Notes: generated by a model from the letters alone, not told the origin. A stretch of DNA of 22,565 nucleotides from Oculatellaceae cyanobacterium bins.114 (GCA_033764315.1 JANRJA010000053.1:1-22565); one strand, 5' to 3'. Positions 1-9,645 are shown, counted from the first letter of the stretch. Program-made: numbers and translations.

Positions 1-183
1 CTGCTGATTGAGTTATCGTCACCTTTGGCGGGTTATTTAGGGCGAATTCAGACAGGTAGCTTAAATAGCGATCGCTTCTATTACCTGCGTGATTTGCCGG
101 TTGAATAAACAGCAGCAGATGTTAGTTAAGAGTAATTAACCGTATTCGGGCATTCTACGAATTAGAGGCGTTGGTAGAATTGT

Positions 184-726
184 GTGAAATACAACCCTGA
201 TAAACATCACAGGCGATCGATTCGGTTAAATGGATATGATTACACATTGCCTGGTGCCTATTTCATCACCCTTTGTGTGTATCAACGAGAATGTTTGTTT
301 GGAGAAATTGTAAACGGTAAAATGCAATTGAATGAATTGGGTCAGATTGTTACAGATGCGTATTTATGGTTAGAAACGCAATATCCCTACGTTAATTTAG
401 ATGCGTGGGTTGTCATGCCCAATCATTTGCATGGAATTGTAGTGTTGACCGATAACCCCCGTAGGGGCGGTTCGCGAACCGCCCCTACAGAAAATCCCAC
501 AAAACGCAAACCTTTAGGACGTTTAATTGGGGCATTTAAGACAGTTTCCACCAAACAAATCAATTTACTTCGAGACAGATCCGGTGTTCCCTTATGGCAA
601 CGCGACTATTACGATCGCATCATCCGTGACGAAGAAGCATTCCACACCATTCGCCAATATATTCAAGACAATCCCCTCCGGTGGGAGCAAGATCAACTCC
701 ATCCTGACAACCCTTCTAATTGGTAA
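184..726 (+). CDS. REP-associated tyrosine transposase (RAYT, Y1/HUH family)
   Basis: N-terminal RRSIRLxGYDY..G.YFITLC, HUH motif in VVMPNHLHGIV, LWQRDYYDRIIR, and catalytic Tyr region RQYIQDNP. Confidence 0.92.
   Translation: MKYNPDKHHRRSIRLNGYDYTLPGAYFITLCVYQRECLFGEIVNGKMQLNELGQIVTDAYLWLETQYPYVNLDAWVVMPNHLHGIVVLTDNPRRGGSRTAPTENPTKRKPLGRLIGAFKTVSTKQINLLRDRSGVPLWQRDYYDRIIRDEEAFHTIRQYIQDNPLRWEQDQLHPDNPSNW
461..488. repeat. Perfect 28-bp GTAG-type REP/SDR palindrome inside the RAYT ORF
   Basis: GTAGGGGCGGTTCGCGAACCGCCCCTAC equals its own reverse complement and starts GTAG / ends CTAC. Confidence 0.9.
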
Positions 727-1016
727 CACGAGCGTGAGATTGGGGCACAGGGGTCTACCTCCCCGGTTGCTGGCAGCAGCTGGGGAGTTGGGATACAAGG
801 GGCGATCGCGTTCCAAGAGCGACGGTTTTAAGAATAGAACTTGGTACTAAATCCAATAGGGGATCTTAGCAGAGGAGAGCGATCGCCCAAAAGAACGGCT
901 TCCTACCGCTTACCTATCCTGCTTGAAGCCATAATATGACTTTAACCTCTTGATCATCCGTGAGTTCTATGATTGCGGAGAAAAATCGAATTTTTTCTCG
1001 GAGTTAATCGCTCATA

Positions 1017-2081
1017 ATGTCTAAGAAAAGTCTTAATCAGTTTCAACGTATTGTTAGGGGGCAATGGCGATCGCTAGCCGTTGCATTCATCAGCACCTTG
1101 CTGCTCGTCACCCTTGGCTTAACTCATGCCACAACCGCCCAAACCGCTTCTTTTACCATTGGGTTGTGGGGTGACATGCCCTATGCCAGAAATAATGATG
1201 GTCCCAAAATGGAAGCCTTGGTCAGAGATATGAATGCAGCCAACCTGGCGTTTTCTGTCTATGACGGAGACATCAAGGATGGCAGTTCTCTGTGCACCGA
1301 CAATATGTTTACGAGTGCTATTGCCATGTTTAACCTGTCCACGTCTCCTGTGGTTTATGTGCCGGGTGACAACGAGTGGACAGATTGCCACCGCACCAAC
1401 AACGGTGGGTATGACAACCTGGAGCGGCTTGACCATCTGCGTCGAGTCATGTTTCCTCGTTCGACCAGCTTTGGACAACGCACCATACCCCTAGAGCACC
1501 AGGGCAGAGTGGGGACTAAATATGTTGAAAACACTCGCTGGACACAGGGCGGTGTTGTGTTTGTAGGGCTGAATGTTCCAGGCAGCAACAACAATCTCGT
1601 TCACGATGATGCAGAGTGCACTAACCGCAGTGCTCGTACCCCTGCCCAATGTGCAGCTGGTAATGCTGAATATGCTGAGCGGGATGCCAAAAACATTGAA
1701 TGGATGAGCCAGTCATTTCAACTGGCAAAAACTCGCCGAGCACCTGGCATCATGATTGTTATCCAGGCAGATCCTGGCTTTGATCTTCCCGAAACTGAAG
1801 ATATTGATGAGCGCACCTTGCCTAGATCGGATGGTTATACTGCCTTCTTAAACAAGTTGGTTGAAGAAACCCGTGCTTTCCCAGGACAGGTCGTGCTGGT
1901 GCATGGAGACACTCACTTCTTTAAGATCGACAAACCGCTGATCAAGCAAAGTGAAATGATTCCCAACTTTACGCGACTCGAAACCTTTGGCAGTCCCAAC
2001 ATTCATTGGGTGTCTGTAACAGTTAATCCCAGCAGCCGCGATGTGTTTACATTCCAACCCAGGCTTGTAGCGGGCAATTAG
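1017..2081 (+). CDS. Secreted calcineurin-like metallophosphoesterase
   Basis: Signal-peptide-like N-terminus; motifs GDMPY, DGDIKDG, PGDNEWTDC, LVHGDTH. Confidence 0.85.
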   Translation: MSKKSLNQFQRIVRGQWRSLAVAFISTLLLVTLGLTHATTAQTASFTIGLWGDMPYARNNDGPKMEALVRDMNAANLAFSVYDGDIKDGSSLCTDNMFTSAIAMFNLSTSPVVYVPGDNEWTDCHRTNNGGYDNLERLDHLRRVMFPRSTSFGQRTIPLEHQGRVGTKYVENTRWTQGGVVFVGLNVPGSNNNLVHDDAECTNRSARTPAQCAAGNAEYAERDAKNIEWMSQSFQLAKTRRAPGIMIVIQADPGFDLPETEDIDERTLPRSDGYTAFLNKLVEETRAFPGQVVLVHGDTHFFKIDKPLIKQSEMIPNFTRLETFGSPNIHWVSVTVNPSSRDVFTFQPRLVAGN

Positions 2082-2094
2082 TCGCGACTATTCC

Positions 2095-2161
2095 AGATCC
2101 CCGGTTTCTAGGGATGCAACTAGATACCTTTCAGTCAGCTCCAATGAGAAACCGGGGATCT
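2095..2161. repeat. 15-bp inverted repeat just downstream of the phosphoesterase (dispersed repeat, possible terminator/stabiliser)
   Basis: AGATCCCCGGTTTCT (2095-2109) and AGAAACCGGGGATCT (2147-2161). Confidence 0.8.
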
Positions 2162-2189
2162 AAACCCCTAAATTGCACATTGCGTAAAT

Positions 2190-2362
2190 AACGTGAATTC
2201 GGGATAAGGATTTTGGCGGTTGAAACCGCAACTACAGGAGCAAAACCGACCTGCGTCGGTTTGTCGGTTCACTCAACCCTTGATTTTCTGTAGTTCGCGA
2301 AGGCGAACTTCGCTCTGATAGCCGCGAATTTATTCGCCAGGCTCTTAAACCGAACTGACGTT
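2190..2362. mobile_element. MITE-like non-autonomous element, 173 bp
   Basis: Imperfect terminal IRs AACGTGAATTCGGGATAAG / CTTAAACCGAACTGACGTT, flanking AAAT direct repeats (2186-2189, 2363-2366), several internal hairpins, no ORF. Confidence 0.72.
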
Positions 2363-2473
2363 AAATATGAAATTCCAAGGATTTGAACCGAGAATTGGTA
2401 CTAAATCGGGTAGAAACGCTACTCTTGGTTAAAGCCATCCAATTTAGTTCAAGTTCCTAGCTGACTCACCCCT

Positions 2474-5400
2474 GTGGATCACCCCGTCTCCGATACCCAT
2501 TCAGACTTTACCAAACCGATCCCGCGTGCTTCTCGCCTGCCTAGCCAACGCTGGCACATTGCTGAGCCTCAACCCCAATCGGCCATGCAGTTAGCCCAGA
2601 CAGTTGGCTTATCACCCTTATTGGCGCAGGTGTTGATTAATCGGGGCGTTGATACTTCAGACCGGGCACAGTCTTTTTTAAACCCAGAAACCGATCTGTT
2701 GCCCTCTCCATTAGAGGAGTTTGCCGATCTGCCCACTGCGTTAGAACTGCTGATGTGGGCGATCGCCAACCAACACTACATTGCTATCTGTGGCGACTAT
2801 GATGCCGATGGCATGACCAGCACAGCTCTGTTACTCCGAGCCTTGCGGTTTTTAGGAGCACAGGTCGATTACGCCATTCCCAGTCGCATGAATGAGGGCT
2901 ATGGCATCAACAAGCGAATTGTCGAAGACTTCCACCAGGAAGGGGTGCGGTTGATCTTAACGGTAGACAACGGGATCGCGGCCTATGAGCCGATTGCCCG
3001 TGCCCGTGAGTTAGGCTTAGCCGTGATTGTCACTGACCACCACGATATTCCGGAGAAATTGCCGCCTGCCAATGCCATTCTCAATCCCAAGCTGATCCGA
3101 GAGGCATCCCCTTATCGTGGTGTAGCCGGAGTCGGGGTAGCCTACATTTTGGCGGTGTGTCTAGCGCAATGTTTGAAAAAAACGCAGGATCTCACGGCTC
3201 CACTGATTGAACTGTTTACCCTGGGAACGATCGCGGATCTGGCTCCCTTGACGGGGGTCAATCGTCGCTGGGTGCGTCGGGGGTTGCGCTTGTTGCCCAA
3301 GTCTCGCCTGATTGGGGTGCAGGCGTTGATTCAAGTGGCGGGGTTGAGCAATGAGCGAGATGCGCTTAAACCAGAGGCGATCGGCTTTCGCTTGGGGCCA
3401 CGCATCAATGCGGTGGGACGCATCGCTGACCCGCAGTTAGTGATCGAATTGTTGACCACCAACGACGAAGGGCAAGCGTTGGAACTGGCGATGAAATGTG
3501 AACAGGTCAACCAGTTGCGGCAGCGGTTGTGTGAACTGATTGAGCAAGAGGCGATCGCCTGGTGTGAAACGAGCGGGGTTAACGTTCAACAAGATCAGGT
3601 CTTAGTCGTGGTGCAACCGGAATGGCATCACGGGGTGATTGGCATTGTTGCTTCGCGGCTCGTCGAACGGTATGGTGTGCCCGTGTTTATCGGCACTTAT
3701 GAAGGTGAGGAAAAGACGCATATTCGCGGCTCTGCACGGGGCATTCCTGAATTTAATGTGTTTGAAGCCCTCCAATTTTGCGGCGATATTTTAGGAAAGT
3801 TTGGTGGACACAAGGCAGCAGGTGGTTTCTCACTGGCCGCTGAGAACTTGACTGAGATGCGATCGCGCCTGCGAATCTTTGCCGCGATGAAACTTCAGCC
3901 TCAGCACCTCAAACCCCTGGTCAACATTGACGTAGAGGCAAACTTTGACGAGCTAGATCTCGACCTTTATGAGCAAATCGACCATCTGCATCCCTGTGGC
4001 ATCGAAAACCCCGATCCGGTGTTTTGGACTCCCAACGTGCGGGTGTTAGAGCAAAAGGTAATCGGCAAAGATCGCTCCCATCTCAAGGTCACATTGGCGC
4101 AAGATACGGGGGTGAGAGCATCATCCTTTAAGGCGATCGCTTGGCGATGGGGAGAATATTGCCCCTTGCCCAATCGGCTTGATGTTGCCTATCGGTTGCG
4201 AGTGAATGAGTGGAATGGGGATAAATCTGTCGAGTTAGAACTGGTTGGCGTGCGATTGCCCAGTGAAGAACCGCTAACACACTCCGTTCAGGTTGAGATG
4301 CCTCTGGCAGCAGCGATCGTGCCTCCTACAGAGGTGGAGCCTGCTTTCGTTGAGAGCAGTGCCCCTGAGGAGATGGCCCCTCAAGCAGAACCGCTACCTA
4401 GAGGGGCGATCGCGTCAACAGACGATGAGATGGATGAGACCCAGGCTCTTTTGACCCGATCCGAGTTTCAATTCAGCAATCGCCAATATACGTGCAGTAT
4501 CTCGGTTGTGGATGACCTGCGAGAGTTGCAAATTCGTAATGCAGAAGGGCAGGTGTTAACCGTTCAGCCAGAACACCAACGAGGATTGTTGGGTCAACGT
4601 CGGGAAGAGGCAAAGGAAGTTGATATCTCTCAACCGTTTTATGCCGATCTAATTCAAGCGGCACTGAGAGCGTTAGAAATTGTCGAAAAAGACGAACTAC
4701 TTAAAAAAAAAGATCAACTAATTGCTGAACAAGAACAGCACATTGCACGATTACAACATCAGCTTGATTCGTTTCAACAACAAGCCAGCCAACTCCCTCT
4801 AGAGCCACCCACAGTTCAATCACGGCAAACTAACATGACTGGGGTTGCTGACGCGGTTTCGAGGTCTTATCCTACCTCGCCTATCCTTCGGTCTCATTCC
4901 ACCGTATTTGACCCAGAACAGACTAAAGAAACTCTCAAAACACACCTGGGAGATGCGGTGTGGTATTGCATTGATCAACGCAGTCAAAAAGATTTATATG
5001 CCGCTTACAAGAAGCGCAATAGTCTACAAACTAATACCCTGGCGACTCCCCCAATAGACTATTCTGAGGCTGGGATAAAGTTGATTTTAACGATTGAACG
5101 AGAAGTATTACATCCCTGCTTTAAAGTCCTATATGAGTTTTTGCAAACACAGTCAGAGATACATTCAATTGCTGGAATTGAGTTGGGCAATCGCACGAAA
5201 TATACGCTTAAACAACTGGTTCCACTGATTGATGATCAATGGTCTGTGTTGAGGGACTCGGCTCTGCAAAACCCTAACCGTCCTGATGAAAAGGATCTCT
5301 ATTTTGCTGTGTCTGCTGATGAAGTGGGTGAAGCGGTGAACGAGAGCGATTTTGCCTTTTTAACAAAGTTCTTTGATCAATGGGAACATCCCTTAGCCGA

Positions 5401-5593
5401 TTGGTTGGTGCGAGACTCTAATGCCTCTGCCTCGGCGATCGCCCAGATTGCTCAGTTGCGCGAGCGAGCCGTTGATTCAGATCGGCTGTTGTATGAGTGG
5501 CAATTTGAATATCTGCGAGTCCTGGTCGTGGGTGACACGACGCAGCAAGGGATTTTACAAGCGATTTACAACTCCCGGAAAGGCATACCATAG
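2474..5593 (+). CDS. recJ: Single-stranded-DNA-specific exonuclease RecJ with long C-terminal extension
   Basis: GDYDADG, TVDNGI, TDHH, GTIAD, PRINAVGR, RGSAR and GGHKAAGG motifs in the first ~600 aa; about 440 further residues; GTG start not certain. Confidence 0.95.
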   Translation: MDHPVSDTHSDFTKPIPRASRLPSQRWHIAEPQPQSAMQLAQTVGLSPLLAQVLINRGVDTSDRAQSFLNPETDLLPSPLEEFADLPTALELLMWAIANQHYIAICGDYDADGMTSTALLLRALRFLGAQVDYAIPSRMNEGYGINKRIVEDFHQEGVRLILTVDNGIAAYEPIARARELGLAVIVTDHHDIPEKLPPANAILNPKLIREASPYRGVAGVGVAYILAVCLAQCLKKTQDLTAPLIELFTLGTIADLAPLTGVNRRWVRRGLRLLPKSRLIGVQALIQVAGLSNERDALKPEAIGFRLGPRINAVGRIADPQLVIELLTTNDEGQALELAMKCEQVNQLRQRLCELIEQEAIAWCETSGVNVQQDQVLVVVQPEWHHGVIGIVASRLVERYGVPVFIGTYEGEEKTHIRGSARGIPEFNVFEALQFCGDILGKFGGHKAAGGFSLAAENLTEMRSRLRIFAAMKLQPQHLKPLVNIDVEANFDELDLDLYEQIDHLHPCGIENPDPVFWTPNVRVLEQKVIGKDRSHLKVTLAQDTGVRASSFKAIAWRWGEYCPLPNRLDVAYRLRVNEWNGDKSVELELVGVRLPSEEPLTHSVQVEMPLAAAIVPPTEVEPAFVESSAPEEMAPQAEPLPRGAIASTDDEMDETQALLTRSEFQFSNRQYTCSISVVDDLRELQIRNAEGQVLTVQPEHQRGLLGQRREEAKEVDISQPFYADLIQAALRALEIVEKDELLKKKDQLIAEQEQHIARLQHQLDSFQQQASQLPLEPPTVQSRQTNMTGVADAVSRSYPTSPILRSHSTVFDPEQTKETLKTHLGDAVWYCIDQRSQKDLYAAYKKRNSLQTNTLATPPIDYSEAGIKLILTIEREVLHPCFKVLYEFLQTQSEIHSIAGIELGNRTKYTLKQLVPLIDDQWSVLRDSALQNPNRPDEKDLYFAVSADEVGEAVNESDFAFLTKFFDQWEHPLADWLVRDSNASASAIAQIAQLRERAVDSDRLLYEWQFEYLRVLVVGDTTQQGILQAIYNSRKGIP

Positions 5594-5649
5594 CGGTATG
5601 ATCTCTAGGTGCCATGAATTAGCGGTCTCTCACCGTTCCACCAGTCACC

Positions 5650-7350
5650 ATGTTGAATGCCTCGTTATTTGAGAAAACATCTGAGCCAGCCAAGATCCGC
5701 ATCTGGTTCATTTTGAGTTTCATCCCGACATTATATTTTGGTGGTTTGGGGCTGTGGAATGCCTTTAGCCGCGACTATATCGTTCAAGATGATGTGCGAC
5801 AGCATGTGTTTTGGATGGAGCGATTTATTGACCCCGGTTTGTTTCCCAATGATTTGATTGCAAACTACTTTCAAGCGGTGGCTCCAGTCGGTTACAAAAC
5901 CTTTTATTACTGGATGTCTCAATTGGGCTTTGACCCCCTATTACTGGCAAAATTCCTACCGTTGCTCCTCGGTTTAATTACGGTTGGATATGCCTTTTGG
6001 GTAGCGTTTGAGTTACTGCCGATTCCGTTATCCGCCTTTATTGGAACCAGCATTTTAACGCAGTCCCTCTGGATCGAAGATGACCTGATTACAGCCACCC
6101 CCAGAGCCTTTTTATATCCGTTTCTATTTGCTTTTTTATATTATTTGCTGAAGCGATCGCTGGTTCCCTGTTTAGTGGCGATCGCCCTCCAAGCCCTGTT
6201 TTATCCTCAATTAGCACTGGTAGAGGCAGGCATTCTCACCGTCCGTCTGGTGAGTTGGAACAACGGCAGATTAACCCCTTCAAGGGATCGGTTTGATTAC
6301 AAAGTGTGGATTTTAGGCATCGGTATTGTCCTGGGGTTGGTCTTAATTTTCTCACGCGATATTGGGGTGTATGGCCCAACGCCTACTCTGGAACAAATGA
6401 AGCAGATGGCAGACTTTCAAGCCAAGGGCAGAGCTAACTTTTTTGATCCCAATCCCTTTGTCTTTTTGATGACGGGGGATAGTGGGCTTTCACCTATTCT
6501 CAACTTGCCTATTGCTTGGATGAGCTGCCTCTTACCATTTCTGCTCAAGCGTCATCCGTTAGCTCGCTTCATCTCCCCCAAGATCCGCATTTTTGTGGAT
6601 ATTTTAATTCCCTCGTTTGCCCTGTTTGTGCTGGCGCATTTGGTGTTGTTAAAGCTCTATATTCCCAGTCGGTATCTGCAACATAGCTGGCGATTTGTCA
6701 TGACGCTGGCCGCTGGAATTGTTGTCACCATGTTGTTAGATACGGCTAGGCGATGGCTTCAAGAATCGGGTTGGCAATCCTTAACGCGATCGCGCAAAAA
6801 TGCTTTAATAGCACTACGATTTTTCCTGATCATCTCCATTTTGATTCCGGCCTATCCACCCTTATTTCTGGGGGGTCAAAATCAAGTTAGAGGCAACTTT
6901 CCAGAAGTATATGAGTTTTTTGCTCAACAGCCCAAAGACATCCTGATTGCCTCACTATCGCTAGAAATCAGTGTTATTCCTACCTTTAGTAAACGCTCAA
7001 TCTTAACAGGCAGAGAATATGCTATTCCTTATCATCTGGGCTACTACAACCAGATTCAACAGCGCACCAAAGACCTGATGCGCGCCCATTACAGCCCTAA
7101 ATTAGCCGATATTAAAAATCTGATTGAGCAATATGATATTGATTTCTTTTTAGTGGATGTCAGCGCGTTTTTACCAAAATATCTCCGCCAAAATTCTTGG
7201 TTGATGCAATATCAACCGGAGGCAGATGAGGCGATCGCCCGTCTGCAACAACCTCGAAAACCGGCCCTGTTAAGACTGATTAAACATTGTTCTGTGTTAG
7301 AAACAGAAGCCTCCGTTGTGCTAGATGCGAGTTGCATTATAGGAATCTAA
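5650..7350 (+). CDS. Polytopic membrane protein, possibly GT-C-fold glycosyltransferase-like
   Basis: About 10 or more hydrophobic segments, acidic QDD in the first loop, soluble C-terminal domain; function is inferred. Confidence 0.55.
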   Translation: MLNASLFEKTSEPAKIRIWFILSFIPTLYFGGLGLWNAFSRDYIVQDDVRQHVFWMERFIDPGLFPNDLIANYFQAVAPVGYKTFYYWMSQLGFDPLLLAKFLPLLLGLITVGYAFWVAFELLPIPLSAFIGTSILTQSLWIEDDLITATPRAFLYPFLFAFLYYLLKRSLVPCLVAIALQALFYPQLALVEAGILTVRLVSWNNGRLTPSRDRFDYKVWILGIGIVLGLVLIFSRDIGVYGPTPTLEQMKQMADFQAKGRANFFDPNPFVFLMTGDSGLSPILNLPIAWMSCLLPFLLKRHPLARFISPKIRIFVDILIPSFALFVLAHLVLLKLYIPSRYLQHSWRFVMTLAAGIVVTMLLDTARRWLQESGWQSLTRSRKNALIALRFFLIISILIPAYPPLFLGGQNQVRGNFPEVYEFFAQQPKDILIASLSLEISVIPTFSKRSILTGREYAIPYHLGYYNQIQQRTKDLMRAHYSPKLADIKNLIEQYDIDFFLVDVSAFLPKYLRQNSWLMQYQPEADEAIARLQQPRKPALLRLIKHCSVLETEASVVLDASCIIGI

Positions 7351-7355
7351 CGTCA

Positions 7356-8261
7356 ATGAAGCTACTCAATCCCCTGCTTGTTTCTGGAGTGATCTTAAAT
7401 ACTGCTTTGCTGCTTGGAACGCCTGTGTCGGTTGGGTTGAGCCAGCCTCCAACACTGGTGGCTCAGGCTCCCACCGGAGAGAGTGAGCTAAATCGTGGGT
7501 TGCAGTTGATTCGTCAGGGTCAGTTGAATGAGGCGATCGCAGCCTTTCGTCAAGCCACGGCACTCAATCCTGGGCTTGCTCCCGCTTACTACAACTTAGG
7601 GTTGGCACTGCGTCAACAAGGGCAACTCCAGGAAGCGGCAACTGCCTTTTACCAGGCGACCCAGGCAGAACCCCGATTTGCCCTCGCCTATGCTAACCTC
7701 GGAGCCGCTCTGTTAGAAGGCAATAACGTTTCTTTGGCAGGCGATTATTTGCAACGGGCGATCGAACTTGATCCTGACTTGGGACTAGCCTATTACAACC
7801 TGGGGTTGGTGCGAAAACAACAGGGCAACTGGCAACAGGCGATCGATGCCTTTCAGCGGGCGATTCAACTTAGCCCCAATGCACCAGAGCCTCCCTATCA
7901 CCTGGGGTTAGTCTATCAGCAACAACGCCAACAAAACCTGGCTCTGCGTGCCTTTCAACAAGCCATTAGCATTAACCCCAACTACGCCGAAGCTCACTAC
8001 AGTGCTGGGTCGGTTATGTTTGAGCAAGACAACCTGGATGCTGCATTAGAAGCGTTTAGGCGATCGGCTCAAGCCAACTCTAACTATCCCAATGCCTATT
8101 ATGGGGCGGGTCTGGTGTTTCTCCGGCAGGGCAAATACGCCGATGCTCAACAGGTGTTGCAATACGCCAGGGATTTGTTCAACGCACAGGGCAATGCTCA
8201 ATGGGCCGCCAGTGCTCAAGACTTGTTACAACGGGCGCAGAGTTCGGTTGCCCCTCGTTAG
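7356..8261 (+). CDS. Exported TPR-repeat protein
   Basis: ATG at 7356 just after the upstream stop; hydrophobic N-terminus; about 7 TPRs of the A(Y/H)YNLG pattern at 34-aa spacing. Confidence 0.9.
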   Translation: MKLLNPLLVSGVILNTALLLGTPVSVGLSQPPTLVAQAPTGESELNRGLQLIRQGQLNEAIAAFRQATALNPGLAPAYYNLGLALRQQGQLQEAATAFYQATQAEPRFALAYANLGAALLEGNNVSLAGDYLQRAIELDPDLGLAYYNLGLVRKQQGNWQQAIDAFQRAIQLSPNAPEPPYHLGLVYQQQRQQNLALRAFQQAISINPNYAEAHYSAGSVMFEQDNLDAALEAFRRSAQANSNYPNAYYGAGLVFLRQGKYADAQQVLQYARDLFNAQGNAQWAASAQDLLQRAQSSVAPR

Positions 8262-8308
8262 CAATCAGCTATAACCAAGGAATATATCCCCTGAACCAAC
8301 ACCACTCT

Positions 8309-8953
8309 ATGTCTCACGTCTTCCTCTCCTATGCTCGTGCCGATGGCAAACCTGCTGCAACTCGTTTGCGGGGTGAATTGGAACGAGTCGGTTTTCAAAT
8401 TTGGCGAGACATCGAAGACATGCAGGGTGGGCAATCCTGGAAAGACCAATTGCGTGAGGCATTGCGAACCGTGCAAGTCGTGGTCGTGTTGCTGACTCCC
8501 GCTGCCGTTGCCTCAAAGTATGTCGAGTGGGAATGGGAAACCGCGCTTACCCTGGACAAACGAGTGATTCCCTTGTTGCTCATGCCCTGTGATGTGCCCA
8601 GTGATTTGAGTCGTTTGCACTATCACAACCTCAGCACCGATCAGGAATATACCCTGGGGTTCGCTGCCCTGATCCGCGATTTGTATTCCCTGACAGCACA
8701 TGTTCCAGGCAAGCCATCTGGATCGGATGCAAGGACTCCATCAGACGAAGAGGGCGATCGCCCTAGTGGGGGTCGTGCTATCTCGATCGGCGGTCACGTC
8801 AGCGGCAGTAATTTAGTGCTTGGTGACGGTAACACAGTTGGTAATAACAATGTGGTGCAGCGAGTGACGCAAACCGGAAAATATAACGTCAATCTGGGAA
8901 CCGCTCAAGGCTTAATTATTGGCGATACAATTCATGACAACGAAGAAGATTGA
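8309..8953 (+). CDS. TIR-domain protein with C-terminal G/N/V/I-rich amyloid-like motifs
   Basis: Start likely ATG 8309 (MSHVFLSYARAD); WRDIEDMQGGQSW, SKYVEWE with putative catalytic Glu, VIPLLL; P/S/D/G linker then low-complexity beta-type tail. Confidence 0.9.
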   Translation: MSHVFLSYARADGKPAATRLRGELERVGFQIWRDIEDMQGGQSWKDQLREALRTVQVVVVLLTPAAVASKYVEWEWETALTLDKRVIPLLLMPCDVPSDLSRLHYHNLSTDQEYTLGFAALIRDLYSLTAHVPGKPSGSDARTPSDEEGDRPSGGRAISIGGHVSGSNLVLGDGNTVGNNNVVQRVTQTGKYNVNLGTAQGLIIGDTIHDNEED

Positions 8954-9066
8954 TCTCTCTCTTGTTAGAGCTATTCTTACCATCTGATCAGACTGAGTAA
9001 GAGGCGATCGCTTCAACCGATTCAATTGTCTGCCAGAATTGAGGAATATCAACGGAGGCTGAGCCA

Positions 9067-9645
9067 ATGGTTACTTCACCCCAACACCCCCTCAGAATGA
9101 CCGTTGAGGAATACCTGGAATGGGAATCTCAGCAAGAGGTTCGTCACGAATATGTTAACGGTGAAGTCTTTGCAGTGATGGGTGGGACGATTCCCCATAA
9201 TGACATTGCGCTCAACCTTTACACGGCGTTGCGCCCTAAAGTGCGATCGCGGAGATGTCGAATCAATGTAGCGGATGTCAAGGTGCAGGTGAATCCTGCT
9301 AGTCCTTACTATTACCCCGATGTGATCATCAGTTGCAACCCACAAGACCTCAATGCTCGTCAGGTGATCCAGCATCCCATCCTGATTGTGGAAGTGCTTT
9401 CTCCTGGCACGGAGGCAAAGGATCGGGGTGAAAAGTTTACCTACTATCAGACAATTCCCAGTTTGCAAGAATACGTGTTGATTGATTCTGAGAAGGTTGC
9501 GGTGGAGTGTTATCGTCGGGGCGAGGGGCGGATGTGGCTCTATTATCCTTACAGCGCAGGAGATGTGATTGCTCTCGGTAGCCTTGAGTTTGAGTGCCCC
9601 ATTGAGTTGCTGTATGAAGGGGTGGTGTTTGAGGAGCCAAGTTAG
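9067..9645 (+). CDS. Uma2 family (PD-(D/E)xK-like) endonuclease
   Basis: MTVEEYLEWE..RHEYVNGEV, YYYPDV, LIVEVLSPGT, LQEYVLID; GGAGG RBS upstream. Confidence 0.93.
   Translation: MVTSPQHPLRMTVEEYLEWESQQEVRHEYVNGEVFAVMGGTIPHNDIALNLYTALRPKVRSRRCRINVADVKVQVNPASPYYYPDVIISCNPQDLNARQVIQHPILIVEVLSPGTEAKDRGEKFTYYQTIPSLQEYVLIDSEKVAVECYRRGEGRMWLYYPYSAGDVIALGSLEFECPIELLYEGVVFEEPS

Noticed and set aside
184..726. IS200/IS605 insertion sequence
   Set aside because: No tnpB or clear subterminal end hairpins; motifs fit RAYT better than IS200 TnpA
930..948. Possible cyanobacterial Pho box upstream of the phosphoesterase (CATAATAT-gac-TTTAACCT)
   Set aside because: Only one good and one 6/8 unit at 11-bp spacing; a third unit is missing
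7356..8261. TPR protein as part of the TIR/NLR system
   Set aside because: It has an export-type N-terminus and lacks the shared motif; adjacency alone is insufficient
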